NCBI RefSeq assembly: GCF_009914755.1
Contig: NC_060930.1
From: the human T2T-CHM13v2.0 reference genome, Homo sapiens
Length of the DNA stretch: 64,000 nt
Reading direction: 5' to 3' (one strand)
Part shown: one piece after another, positions 24,085 to 37,643 of the stretch
Numbering within the stretch: position 1 is the first letter of the stretch
Layout: the number at the start of each line of letters is the position of its first letter
The notes under the pieces: generated by a model
Told to the model about the DNA's origin: nothing
Database searches by the model: none
Seen by the model: only the letters and a program-made list of their open reading frames with translations
Position numbers and translations under genes: made by a program

Positions 24085-24384
24085 TTTTTTTTTTTTTTTT
24101 TTTGACACAGAGTCTCACACTGTCACCCAGGCTGGAGTACAGTGGCACGATCTTGGCTCACTGTAACCTCTGCCTCCTGGCTTCAGGCAAATCTCTTGCC
24201 TCAGCCTTCTGAGTAGCTGGGATTACAGGCGCCCACCACCACACACAGCTAATTTTTTGTATTTTTAGTAGACACAGGGTTTCACCATGTTGGCCAGGCT
24301 GGTCTTGAACTCCTGACCACGTGATTCACCTGCCTCGGCCTCCCAAAGTGCTGGAATTACTGGTGTGAGCCACCATGCCCAGCC
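24085..24384 (-). mobile_element. AluS nested in the L1 3' region
   Basis: Full Alu dimer with poly-T. Confidence 0.95.
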
Positions 24385-25528
24385 ACCTAAGATTTTGAAT
24401 CAACCTAAGTGTCCATCAACAGATGAATGAATAAATAAAATATCGTACACATACACAACGGAGTACTATTCATTCATAAAAAGGAATGAGATTCAGTAAT
24501 TTTCAGCAACATGGATGGAACTGGAGATCATTAGATTAAGTGAAAGCAGCCAGGCACAGAAAGACAAACCAAACATCTAATGTTCTCACTTATTTGTGGG
24601 ATTTAAAGATCAAAACAATTGAACTCTTGGTCATAGGGCAGAAGAGTGGTTACCAGAGGCTGGGAAGGGTAGTAGGGAGCTGAGGTGGGAGGAATGTGGA
24701 GATGGTTAATGGGTATAAAAAATACCATTAGAAGTAATGAATAACCTACTATTTGAAAGCACATTAGAGTGACTATAGTCAATAGTAACTGTACATTTTA
24801 AAATAACTTAAAGAATGTAATTGGATTGCATGTAACTCAAAGGATAAATGTGCTTATTTTACATTACATGCCTGTATCAAAACATTTCATGTTCCCCATA
24901 AATATATACACTTAATATGTACCCACAAAAATTAAAATAATAATAATCATAAGGAATAAAAAAAGTCCACTTAAGGGAAAATTATAGAAATAATACTCGA
25001 GGTACATGTGCTTCTTAAAAAATAAAAAAATAGTACAATGTTGGAAATAAAAATATGATTTTAAGAAGGTATAAAGAAAGACTTACTGCAATTGTTGGCT
25101 CTAAAAGCTGAACTGCACTATGTTTTATGCTTACAACAGGAAGGCCACTGATGACTTCCTAGGGTGTGGAAGACCCACGGAAGAGATGGCTTTACTGAGA
25201 ATGTTCTTTATGTCTGCATAATGGAAATGAAGTTTTTGACTACTTCCTTTTCTTGCTTTTTGCTGTTGTTTCAAAACGCTTTATCTTGGGAATTTTAAAA
25301 CTAGAAAGAAAAATCAGCCCCACTCATTTCACAGAAGAAATTGTGTCTCAGACAGGTTAAGCAATATATGTTAAGAACTACCATCTAGTCTGGCAGTGTC
25401 CTGATAGTACTTGTATGCCTTTACCCAAGGTCTGCAGATTTTACTAGTATTTTTTAGAAGAAATTACCTATGTAATATGAAACAATAATTTATTACTATT
25501 TATCAGGGAAATATGTGTTTGTGAATGG

Positions 25529-25568
25529 GTGTGTGTGTGTGTGTGTGTGAATGGATGTGTGTGTGTGC
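25529..25568. repeat. (TG)n microsatellite, interrupted
   Basis: Read directly from the sequence. Confidence 0.9.
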
Positions 25569-27132
25569 ATGCAGTGGACTTGGTACACATCGATGCTTAC
25601 TGATATATACTGGAAACAGAACTCCTCCCCTTCAGTCATTAATAAAATGTGCACACAAATGAATACCTGTAATGCATATATATAAGTTGTATAGAAAAAT
25701 AATTTTAAAGTACTACTTTCTCAAACTTTATTGTTTGGAAAACAAATAGGCCTTTTGAGGATGTTCCTTAAAACCGTTTTAGTTCTCACTCAAATTATTC
25801 AGAATTCAATAACTTTACAATTTCGTGTGTACCATAGGTTGTCACAGTTCACTTCCTGTGATAGGAGCATATGAATCAAGGGAAATACGAAAAAAAAAGT
25901 GCATGAAAGAAGGAAAATTCTGATGAAGTATGCATTATGAAATAACATGTAGATAATTCACATGATTAAGTCAAATAAGAGAAAAATAATTATTGGTTAT
26001 TTGACATTAGGTCAAATGTTTAAATTTGAAAGTAGCACAGTGATTAATTTCCATAATAAGATAATTTAAAATTCCATGTTCTTTCATATGCACCTAGTGG
26101 AACTCCACATAAAGTCCTCAGATTAAAATGCAAGCTCATTTAGTTTCTTCTATACGTACCCTTTGACCTACCTTCTAAGAAAAATCTTCTGTAAGTTTTA
26201 ATAGACTGATACTCTAACTTTAAAAAAAAATCTTTTAATGTGGCAGCTAATGTTTTCATAATAGCAATTTTATATATCTTTATCTATATCTATATATCTG
26301 CAGGCTTCCTTAATCTTTATAATGGGTAACAACAGCTTCCTTTATCTTTACTGAGAAGGACTAAATCTGTTCTGTGGGATTAGCCAAGAAGAATATGTCA
26401 TAAAAATCTTTTGTCCCTTTACCGTTGTACAGGGTCTGTTATGCTTTCTTGCAATCTCCCTGTTGGCAAAATTAAAGAGCAAAGGCAGACTTCCTGAGAC
26501 CTGAACAAAGAAGTCTCATGTAGCAACAAATACAGTACACTGAACACACCACAGAGTTTAGTTGTTAAACCCAACCCTATAAGAACTGTTTAAACCTATG
26601 GTGAACTTTATTCTTGTGGAAATGCATTAAGAGAAATTTCACTAGTTCTCCTCAAATTCCTCTAGAGAAAATGTTAAATTTATCCTCTGCATTAAATCAC
26701 TTAAATAATTGATTATTAGACTTCCTTTTTATAACTTGATTTTTTTCATATTAATGTAAGGCTGGAGAGAATGAACACAAAGGCCCTTTCAATTATTCAT
26801 ATGTTATTAGTTTAATAATATTACTAGAATTTCAGGGTACTCTTTATGGCTGTCTGGTTAGAGAGGTAGCTGAATATATGGATGGCTAGATCATTGGTTG
26901 TTTTAAAGCTATGCATTGACTATATCATACCATGTCAGTTTTGGCTATGTAAAGATGTCTTTTTTCAAAACTCTGTCTCTTAGACATGGTTGACCTGTTG
27001 ACCTGATATCCTTGGTAAAAAGAGCTCTCTATTACTGCTATGCTGCAAGAGAGAGGAGTTTTCTGTATTTGCTTCTTGAGACTCCATTTAAGTGGGAATG
27101 GCATGGAAGGCTCAGCTGTGTTGTTTACTAGC

Positions 27133-27665
27133 TGAGTAGATAGTTGTATTATTGGCCCCAATTATTCATTCCTCCCTGTGCAAATTTCCTTTTTCGTGTA
27201 TGTTGGCATGTATGTGCATCATGGCTGGGACATATTTCACCCTTGGATTTTTGTTTGGCCATATAGAGTAGACAGAAAAGACCATAAGCAAGTATTGAGT
27301 CAAGACCTCAAATACCATTTAGATTTTTATTTGCACCCTCATGCCTCCGTCATTGTCAAAAAACAAAGAAATAATCAAACCAAGAAGCAAGCCTAGGCTA
27401 ATGTGCTAGTCTTAGAAAGAAGACAGACTTTTTAGGTAGAGTCAGTGTCCCAACCATGCCTAGCCTAGATTAGCTGACAGCCCCCACCACTTGCCAATCT
27501 CTTGTCACAGGGGAAAATCCTCCCAAGATTAGCAGAACTGCCCTGCCCAAGTAAACCAACATTCAGCCAAAGTGTACATATATAAAAATAAAGTATTATT
27601 GTTTTTAGCTATGTTTTGAGGCAGTTTGTTAAGTAGCATTTTTGTGGCATAGCAAATTCATGATC
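27133..27665 (+). mobile_element. MLT1 (H/I-like) MaLR LTR
   Basis: ccccaattattcattcctccctg start; cctagcctagattagctga; gttttgaggcagtttgttaagtagcatttttgtggcatagc end. Confidence 0.7.
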
Positions 27666-27946
27666 TAATAACATGAACAATATATTCTATCCAATCATTT
27701 ATAAATCTATCTTTTCATTGATCTATCAATCTAGTGCTTACATATTGAATATAATATGTACATAAATATATTTATCTGTGGTATAAATTGGCAGTATTAA
27801 AAACATTTGGATGTTTTGAATAAACAGATGAAAAAATAAACCTAAAGATTTCCAAAAACAACTGGAATTAAGGGTAACCTCAGTGGGAATAAGTAAAGAA
27901 GAAAATTTGGACAGAGATTTCAGTAGTGAGAATATTTGCTGATGAA

Positions 27947-27951
27947 TTTTC

Positions 27952-27991
<40 letters not shown>

Positions 27992-28170
27992 TTCTTTCTT
28001 TCTTCTTTCTTTCTCTCCTTCCTTCCTTCCATCTTCCTTCCTTTTCTTTTCTCTTTTCTTTTCTTTTCTTTCTCTCTCTCTCTCTCTCTCCTTCCTTCCT
28101 TCCTTCCTTCCTTCCTTCCTTCCTTCCTTCCTTCCTTCCTTCCTTCCTTTCTTCCTTCCTTTTCTTTTTC
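27947..28170. repeat. Compound (CTTT)n/(CT)n/(CCTT)n polypyrimidine tract (expanded Alu tail)
   Basis: ~220 nt that are almost purely C/T. Confidence 0.95.
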
Positions 28171-28489
28171 AGGGTCTCACTCTGTTGCCCATTCTGGAAT
28201 GCAGTGGCACGACCTCAGCTTACGGCAATCTCTGCCTCCTGGGCTTAAGTGATTCTCCTGACTCAGCCTCCCAATCTCTGGCTGGGCTTAAGTGATTCTC
28301 CTGCCTCAGCTTCCCAAGTAGGTGGGACTACAGGTACCCGCCACTATGCTTGGCTATTTTTTGTCTTTTTAGTAGAGATGGGTTTTGCCATGTTGTCCAG
28401 GCCAGTCTGGAACTCCTGATCTCAAGTGATCCTCCCACCTCAGCCTCCCAAAGTGCTGGGATTACAGGCATGAGCCACTGCACCCAGCC
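28171..28489 (-). mobile_element. Older Alu (AluJ/S) with an internal duplication
   Basis: Alu dimer; segment ctgggcttaagtgattctcctg occurs twice. Confidence 0.92.
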
Positions 28490-28800
28490 TGCTGGTTATT
28501 TTGGGGACATATCCTACAAAAACAAAAAGAACTAGAAGAAAATACATTTCCTAAAGATGAAACTCCCCAGGAAACAAAAATGCACCTTTGTTAGCAATGT
28601 AGGGTTGCAGTACTCTAGTAAGAGAGAATGGCAGCAGAAGCAATGGACCCAATTTGCTTTAAAAAAAGAAACAGCAACAGAGTTCCAACAAAAATTATGA
28701 CACCAAGACACATTTGCAAGTGGCAGTCTATCCCGTACACATGAGAGGAAAAAATTATGAAAACTCGTCTCTGTATGTCAAATCATATTATAATATCTAT

Positions 28801-29150
28801 TGCTGTGGTCTGAATGTTTGTTCTCCCCAAAATTCAATTGTTAAAATCTCAATCTCCAAGGTGATTGGTTGGAAGGTAGAACATTTTGGGAGGTGATTAG
28901 GTCATGAGGACAGAGTCTTTATGAACGGGACTAGAGCCAAAGGGAGCTCATTCATCTCTTCCACCATGTGAGGACTCAGCAAGAAGTTACTATCTGTGAA
29001 CCAGAAAGCAGGCCATCAGCAAACAACACATCTGACAGCACCAAGATCTTAGACTTTTCAGCCTCCTGCACAGTAAGAAACACGTTTTTGTTGTTTATAA
29101 GCTACCTAGTTGATGGTATTTTGCTGTAGCAGCCCATGCAGATTAAGACA
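28801..29150 (+). mobile_element. MLT1A-like MaLR solo LTR
   Basis: tgctgtggtctgaatgtttg...ccccaaaattca...gcagccc...gattaagaca. Confidence 0.88.
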
Positions 29151-29349
29151 CCTCTATTATACCAGTTAAACCTATAAATTCCCTACGGTTCAACCTAATG
29201 CATGACCTTCTCTCCAAGTTCCACTTAGGAAAACTCATCTCAGTATCATAGTTAATAAATATAAATGTAGACAAAATAAAAAGATAGCAGGAAAAGAAAA
29301 ACAACAAATAGAGCAGAAAATAATTTACCAGTAGATTGAGTATTACATC

Positions 29350-29827
29350 TGCATTGGATATTTGCTATTTGCCCTTCCTGACACATGCTTCATTCTTCCC
29401 TAATCTGTTCAGCACCCATGGAGGCTGGTCTTTGTGAATTGACTCAGCAGTTCTTTTCTGCTTCTGTAGATTGAGTTTGGCCACAGGGCTTGGTGGGAGC
29501 ACTGGCTGGAAATCTTTGCAGGGGAAAATTAAGGTGAGGACATTTATTCCTTAGCTCCCTTCCAGCTAGGACACTCGTGTGCTGTGTCTCCCTAGTAAAG
29601 GTTACAGCTCCTGTTATGTAGCCATCTCTTAGAGCTACCAGTGTTTTCTCTGGGTTTCAGAAGAGTTCCATCCCTTTAGGCCTAGGTAGTATGTTTCTTC
29701 TACTGTTGTGAGCCTCAGGTGCTTCACCATCTTAATTCACTTGGTATAATAATCCTTTCATTAAACTCTCCTCAGTTACCTCATTTGAGTAGATCATCTG
29801 TTTCTTATTGGGAGTTTAATTACTACA
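29350..29827 (+). mobile_element. LTR33-like ERVL LTR
   Basis: atttattccttagctccct; cctttcattaaactctcctcagttacctcatttgagt...taca. Confidence 0.7.
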
Positions 29828-30380
29828 ACCACAAAGCAGAAAAGCAACCACTTAGCAGAAGGTAATGACATAAAGACTGATCGAAATCCTGAAAGCTGTG
29901 TTGAAAAGGAGAGATAAGGTGGAAAAATCGTAAGAAATAATTGACACTGCAGAAAATTCAGTAAGGGACAGGTAGATATAAATGATAAATTTAGTAAAAA
30001 TTAATTGAAAATAAAATAGTGTTAAGCTCTTGAAGAGAAAAATGATAGGTTTAGAAGTTTGGTCAAATATAACTCTGTTTACTTTTGTCTAGATTCCCCA
30101 CACCCCCACAACCCACACAGAAGAATATGAGACAGAACAAATATTTAAAATGATAATTCAAAGAAAGTTTTCAGAAATGAAGCAGAGCTTAAACTTACAT
30201 ATTAAAAAAATACAGTGAAATAAGAGAATTGGCTCAGATTGTCAATGTCAAGATCCATCTTAACTTCAAAAATAAGAAAACGATTATTTTGGAAATAAAA
30301 CCCAATCTCAAGTTTATTATGAAGAAAAATCGAATTTTGCTAGCCTCTGAATTCTTTGCAGTTTACATACCAGAAGGCAG

Positions 30381-30754
30381 TGATATAGTTTGGCTCTGTG
30401 TCCCTACCCAAATCTCATCTCGAACTGTAATCACCACATGTTGAGGGAGAGACCTGGTGGGAGGTGATTTGATCATGGGGGCGGTTTCCCCCATGCTGTT
30501 CTTGTGACAGTGAAGGAGTTCTCATGAGATGTGGTGGTTTAAAAGTGTTTGACAGTCCCCTCCTCACTCTCTTTCTCTCTCTTTCCTGCTGCCATGTAAG
30601 ATGTGCCTTGCTTCTCTTTTGCCATCTGTCATAATTTTAAGTTTCCTGAGGCCTTCCCACCCATGCAGAGCTGTGAGTCAATTATACTTCTTTCTTTTTT
30701 AAATTATCAAGCCCCAGGTAGTTCTTTTTAGCAGTGTGAAAACAAACTAATACA
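30381..30754 (+). mobile_element. THE1D/MST MaLR solo LTR
   Basis: tgatatagtttggctctgtgtcc...gtgtgaaaacaaactaataca. Confidence 0.92.
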
Positions 30755-31574
30755 AACAGGAACAAAGTCACAAGGCACTAAAGGGATCAAAGTGGGATTA
30801 TGAATTTCATATACAAGAAAAATATTCTTCAGCTATAAAGTCTGAACATACATGAAGCTTACAAATATGTTTTTTCTGGGGGTACTTCTTAAGAAAACTA
30901 TGAAAAGAGGAACTTTATGTGAAATCTCAGGAGATTATGTGAAAGATGAAGTTGTGAGCATTAAATATGTGAAATTGTGGAATACATTCTAAATTATATT
31001 ACAGGAATAGAGTGACAGCAAAAAGTGTAAAAATGGTATGCTTCAGAATACAGAAATATTTAAACTAAATCAAAAATGTGGAAGAAAAGTAATGGGAATA
31101 AATAAAAAAAATTACATCATCCAAAGCAGCTAGAAATTAAATGATGTAACTGAAAGTATCATTGGCAGTGCAAAGCTAAATAATAATGAAAATAATACTA
31201 ACGACTAAAACCAGATTTAGATGAGAGGGAGGGGAGAAAGCATTAGAGAAAACAAAATAAAAGTATGATTTTTCTTGATGTATAGTTAATAAAAGATTAA
31301 GGGCTTTAAATTAAGACACAGTCATAAAGATAAAACACCACAACCACATATCACTATTTGATATTTTTCATGTAAGAAAATGTACATATTAAAAAGAAAA
31401 CTAAACACAAAAAATCAACAAAATTTTAAAAATAAATGTGACATAAAAATCGTATGACCTAACATTGAAAAAGCTAATAAACACGAACAGGCTAAAATCA
31501 CCTGCAAAAAATTATTTACTATTATTTTACAAAGAAAAATTCCATACAAAACATACCTAATAAAATTAGTTTGA

Positions 31575-31962
<388 letters not shown>

Positions 31963-33366
31963 TCAAGTAACTGGTATTATATCATAATAAGTAAAGTCTT
32001 TAGAATATTAAAGGAAAAACAAAATCACATATATAACAGTTGATTTTAATTCTTTCTCTTAGGAGGTCAAATGGAAAACTATAATAACATAGAATTAAAT
32101 CACTTAAAAATGTAATACATACTGATTTATATATGCATATAAATTAATATATGTAATTTGATTTGCATGTGTATATATGTGTATATATATAATGTATACA
32201 TATACAATATATTGTATACGTAAAACTTGTACCCTAAAATTGAGGTTATAATTTTTTTCAGAGTGCATTAGTAAAAATTGATTACATATTAGACCACAGA
32301 TAATACTTCAATGTCTATCAAGAAAAAATATACAGAAATTATACTGTGACAACCAGTCAATAAAACTGAAAATAGTAATACAATAAAAAATAACATCATA
32401 TTAACTACAAACTTTAGTACTATTTTTTCAAAATAAGTTCATGGAGTAAATATAAACCAGCATCACAAAATATCAAGGAAATAATGCAAACGAAAATAAA
32501 AGCACTATGTTTAAGAATTTGAGATTTTTCTAAAGCAAATTTCAGAGGAAAATACGTAGCCTGCAATATCTAGAGCAATGGAGCAAACAGAACAATGTAA
32601 AGACAAATTGATTGTCTAACCCAAATATTTATAAATTTAAAAATAAGTAACAAAATAAAATGAAAATTGATTAAAGATAACTAAAACAGAATTTAAACAG
32701 TATGACAACAGAAAAACTAAAGCAAATAATGTAATAAAATCATGAAATTGATGAAATCGCCAATAAAAATGAGAAAAAAATACCTTTAAAAATGGGTAAA
32801 TAGAAAATAATGACAAAGAGAAAGAATATTTAATGCATAATTTTATATCAAATCACATTGCTCAATTCTATGTAACTTCATTTGAAAACCTGGTTGAAAT
32901 TAATGTTTATCTAAGATAATATAGTTTATAAAATTGACTACAGTATAGATAGAAAACCTTAATGAAATAATTTCTACAGAAGAATTAGTAAAACTTTTCA
33001 AAGACTTATTCCTCAAAAAAGTACCAGTCCCTGATAATTTGGCCAAATTGTTAGAGCAGAGAATGGTAATGTTAATGCTAATTGATACATTTCAGGGCAT
33101 GGGAAAAGGAAAAGTCTTTTACACATATTTATGAATCAATGCAAAGTGATTGTATTGCCCCCAGGATAACAAAAAACAGCATAATTCACAAGTTTTTGTA
33201 GACTTTTGTTTATTAAATAATTTTACTAATAGTGTAATATAAAAATCTTTAAATATCATTTAGTAGAGGACAGATTAAATGATGAAATATTTCTCAATGG
33301 AATACTATGTAGCTACTAAAGAAATTAGGACATTGTATATATATTGATATTAAAACTCTCAAAGTT

Positions 33367-34325
33367 ATTCATTCATTAAAATATTTACTCAGAGTTATTC
33401 ATTTAGCATCTAACATGTAACAGACATTGACGTACATTGCAGGAAATATTGAAGTTAATAAAGCAAAGTTTTCTACTCTTTTGAAATTTGCTTTCTAGAA
33501 AAAGGAGATAAAAGTTAAACAATACATTTATAGTAAGTTAGACATAAATGCTCAGAAGAAAAAGTAAAGACAAGAGGAGCATGGATTATCAGGGTGGGTC
33601 GTTAACATTTTAACAAGGTGGCCAAGACAAACCCCAATGAGAAGAAAACTCTGGACAAAGACTTGAAGGAAATAAAGAAACAATCATGTTGGGTGTTTTG
33701 GTGGGGGAATATTCTAGGCACAGAAAATCATGCGAAAACATTGAGTCAGTGAAGTGTCTTGTATGTTAAAGGAACAGAAAGAAAATCCATGGGACTGGAA
33801 CATGAGAACAAGAGCAAGATCATTAAAGATGAGGTGAAAGAATTAATTATGGGGTGCAGATGATGCAGGCTCTTGCAGATGAAGAGTAAAGACGTTGGCT
33901 GCTGTATTCAGAGTAGACTTCAGAGAGCTAGACAGATGGGAGACCAGCTAAGAAATGAATGCAGTAATTCAGGGGAGAGGTGATGGTAGCTTTTACCAGT
34001 ATGTTCTGGTAAGTAGAAATGGCAAGCAGAAGTTGACTTCTGGATATATTTTGTAGTAGTGCCAGTGGGATTTGCTGTTGGAACTAATGTGAAAGAGAAA
34101 GGGAAAAAAGGAAAAGGTGACACCACTTGTCTGAGCAAGTAGAATGAAGTTAGCAGTGACTGAGATGAAGACAACTAGAGATAAAACTGGTTTGGGAGAA
34201 AGTCAGGAGTCAATTTTAGAAAAGTTCCTTTTAAGGTGTCAATTATATATTCAAGCACGAATGTCAATTAGGCAGGTAGCTCTATGGGTTTAGAATTAAA
34301 GGAAGACGTCTGTCCTATAAATCTA
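33367..34325 (-). mobile_element. L2 3' region
   Basis: ttcattcattaaaatatttact; caaagacttgaagga; ttctggatatattttg; gggatttgctg. Confidence 0.75.
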
Positions 34326-34813
34326 TAAATCACAGTGCAATGCTACCTGTTGTATGAAAATAGGATAGGTAATATACAAACAGATCTACTTGTATTTATA
34401 TAAAAAAAACTTTGGAAATCTATGTAAGAATGCATTAATGGCCAGCTATTTGTTTGAGGGGATGGAACTGGGCAAATGGGAGGGCAGGGTTTGTTGGGAG
34501 ATATTGTTTTGCATACCTTTTTGCAAGAAATATTTTATAGCATACATTTTTACACTTTACAAAATGATCAGACAAGTGATTGATGATTCTATTAATTAAA
34601 AATAATGGATAATACAATTTAAATTGAATAAAAACTTGAAGTACAAAGTATTGCAACCAGAAATAGATAAAAATAAAATGTTTATTGAATGAACACTTGT
34701 AACTTTGTTTTGATAATTTTACTTAACATTGCTTTAAATACAGTACAGTATATCAAGCATAATTTATTAAATTTTCATATTGTTTAAAACTATCTGAAAA
34801 TATCCCTGAATGA

Positions 34814-35107
<294 letters not shown>

Positions 35108-35348
35108 TAATGCTTTGAATTGGGTCACCCTAAGGAGATGTTTAATAACAGATAAGAGTAATTGTTCATAGTCTTATAGTTGTTAAATAATGAAAACTCA
35201 AATCAAACTTTCTTTAAAGAAATACAGATAATTTTTCAACTCAGCTACATAGTTCCAGGCACAACTGAATTTTGCTGCTAAAAAATTCATTAGAAATATT
35301 TTTCCCTTCCTCCTGGCTCTTTTTCCTGGATTCAGGTAGCTTTTTTTT

Positions 35349-35350
<2 letters not shown>

Positions 35351-35410
<60 letters not shown>
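35351..35410. repeat. (AT)30 pure microsatellite
   Basis: 60 nt uninterrupted. Confidence 0.98.
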
Positions 35411-35413
<3 letters not shown>

Positions 35414-36520
35414 GAGATGGCTTCTTGTATCTCCAGGATTCCATGTTCTTACTCTATGTGAATTCAGAAAGGAAATATCCTTTTCTATATAGTTCTGGCT
35501 AAATTGTCAGAAAGGAGACATTATACCTAACCCTGAGCCAGTGTTTGTGTTCAGAAATATGGTATACTCTACTTCAAAAACTAGAATTCTGTGCCATAAC
35601 TGAAAGTAAGGGAGGAACTGTTCCCTAAGGAAAAAAAATGCAAGAGAGAAACCAAACAAACTGATAATTACTGTAGTTATCATCTTATAGTTCAATGCCT
35701 ATGAATACCCATTCTAATAAAGTGGTACACATTATTCCATTATAGTAGAGTAAATATTCAAGTTTTCTAAACTTAATTATCTTCCTTCTGCACTTACTCC
35801 CTCACAGTTTTTCTCAGACTTTCAGGTCCAAATTAAAGGAAATTATGATTTTTTTTTTCCAAGGCGGTATATGCTAATCCATTGCATGCCAAGCTAATAG
35901 ATTTATATTTCATCTGTCAACCTGTTGTATACAAATAGATGTTCATGAACAAGAGAGATATAATCACTATGAAGCTTGAAAGTGATTATTCTGGTAAATC
36001 TGAATAGTATGGATGAAGTGTAGAGAACACAAGTATGGCTTTGTACTAAGAATGTGAGGTGGTAAATCCAGGCTTAAGATATAGTCACAGAAGTGGAGAT
36101 GAATAACTTTTCTTTTCTCCCTGGAAGAAAGTTTTAACTACACATGAATTCAAATGTTACCAATTTAAATGTGTTCACATAACCTTCGTAAGTGAAATGA
36201 AGCTCCTTTCATTTCAAAGAGCCAAAAGCAATATGCTCATATTTGCAACAATCACTATAACAAAACATTTTTCCAATGGAGCCATACTTTAAAGAATGAC
36301 TCTTGTATTCCTTCCATAATGGATACTGCCCCTTTAAGTAGCAGAAACAGCTTTAGAGGATAATAGTCATTATTATGATTGTCAATCTATCCTAGAGCTG
36401 CTATTCTGCATTTTGTTGTGTATAGTCATAAATAGCACTTTCAGCATGAAAATTCTATTTGTCTCAAGCCAGATTGGCAAAACCCTGATGGATGGGAAAA
36501 GGATAATATCTGCGAGAAAG

Positions 36521-36522
36521 AG

Positions 36523-36554
<32 letters not shown>

Positions 36555-36556
36555 AG
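36521..36556. repeat. (GATA)n(GA)n microsatellite
   Basis: Read directly from the sequence. Confidence 0.9.
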
Positions 36557-36830
36557 CATGCTTGATGCTACCTACCAAAAGTAGAAAATAGTAGGAAAGA
36601 GACCCCTTAAATCAATCTAATGGTATCTATCTTAAGTTAATCTCTTAAAAACTGATTAACTGCAATTAAATGACAACTTCCTTTGATCAGTTCATTAGAA
36701 ACAACGTCAAATTAGTATGTAGAGAATTCACTCTACCACAACCCTGATATCACATCTTTGAAATAATTTATTTTTATTGTTTGTCAGTAATTCCTTTGAT
36801 AACATGCAGCTGATATGTAGGTTTAGGCAC

Positions 36831-37643
<813 letters not shown>

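Larger units (their letters stand above)
16747..24962 (+). mobile_element. Near full-length inactive L1MA1-like LINE-1 (5' UTR, ORF1, ORF2, 3' UTR, A-tail) with nested insertions
   Basis: gagcaagatg 5' start; ORF1 peptide RINELEDRLF; ORF2 EN peptide TILNIYTPN..IIAGDFN; [14 protein letters not shown]; L1MA1-type 3' UTR. Confidence 0.92.

Noticed and set aside
24662-24689. G-quadruplex-like GGG runs
   Set aside because: Standard G-rich tract of the L1 3' UTR.
27926-28295. Hydrophobic FLSF/LPSF-rich ORFs
   Set aside because: Translation of CTTT/CCTT microsatellites.
32201-32218. 18-bp perfect palindrome tatacaatatattgtata
   Set aside because: Sits within low-complexity TA-rich sequence, where such palindromes are common.
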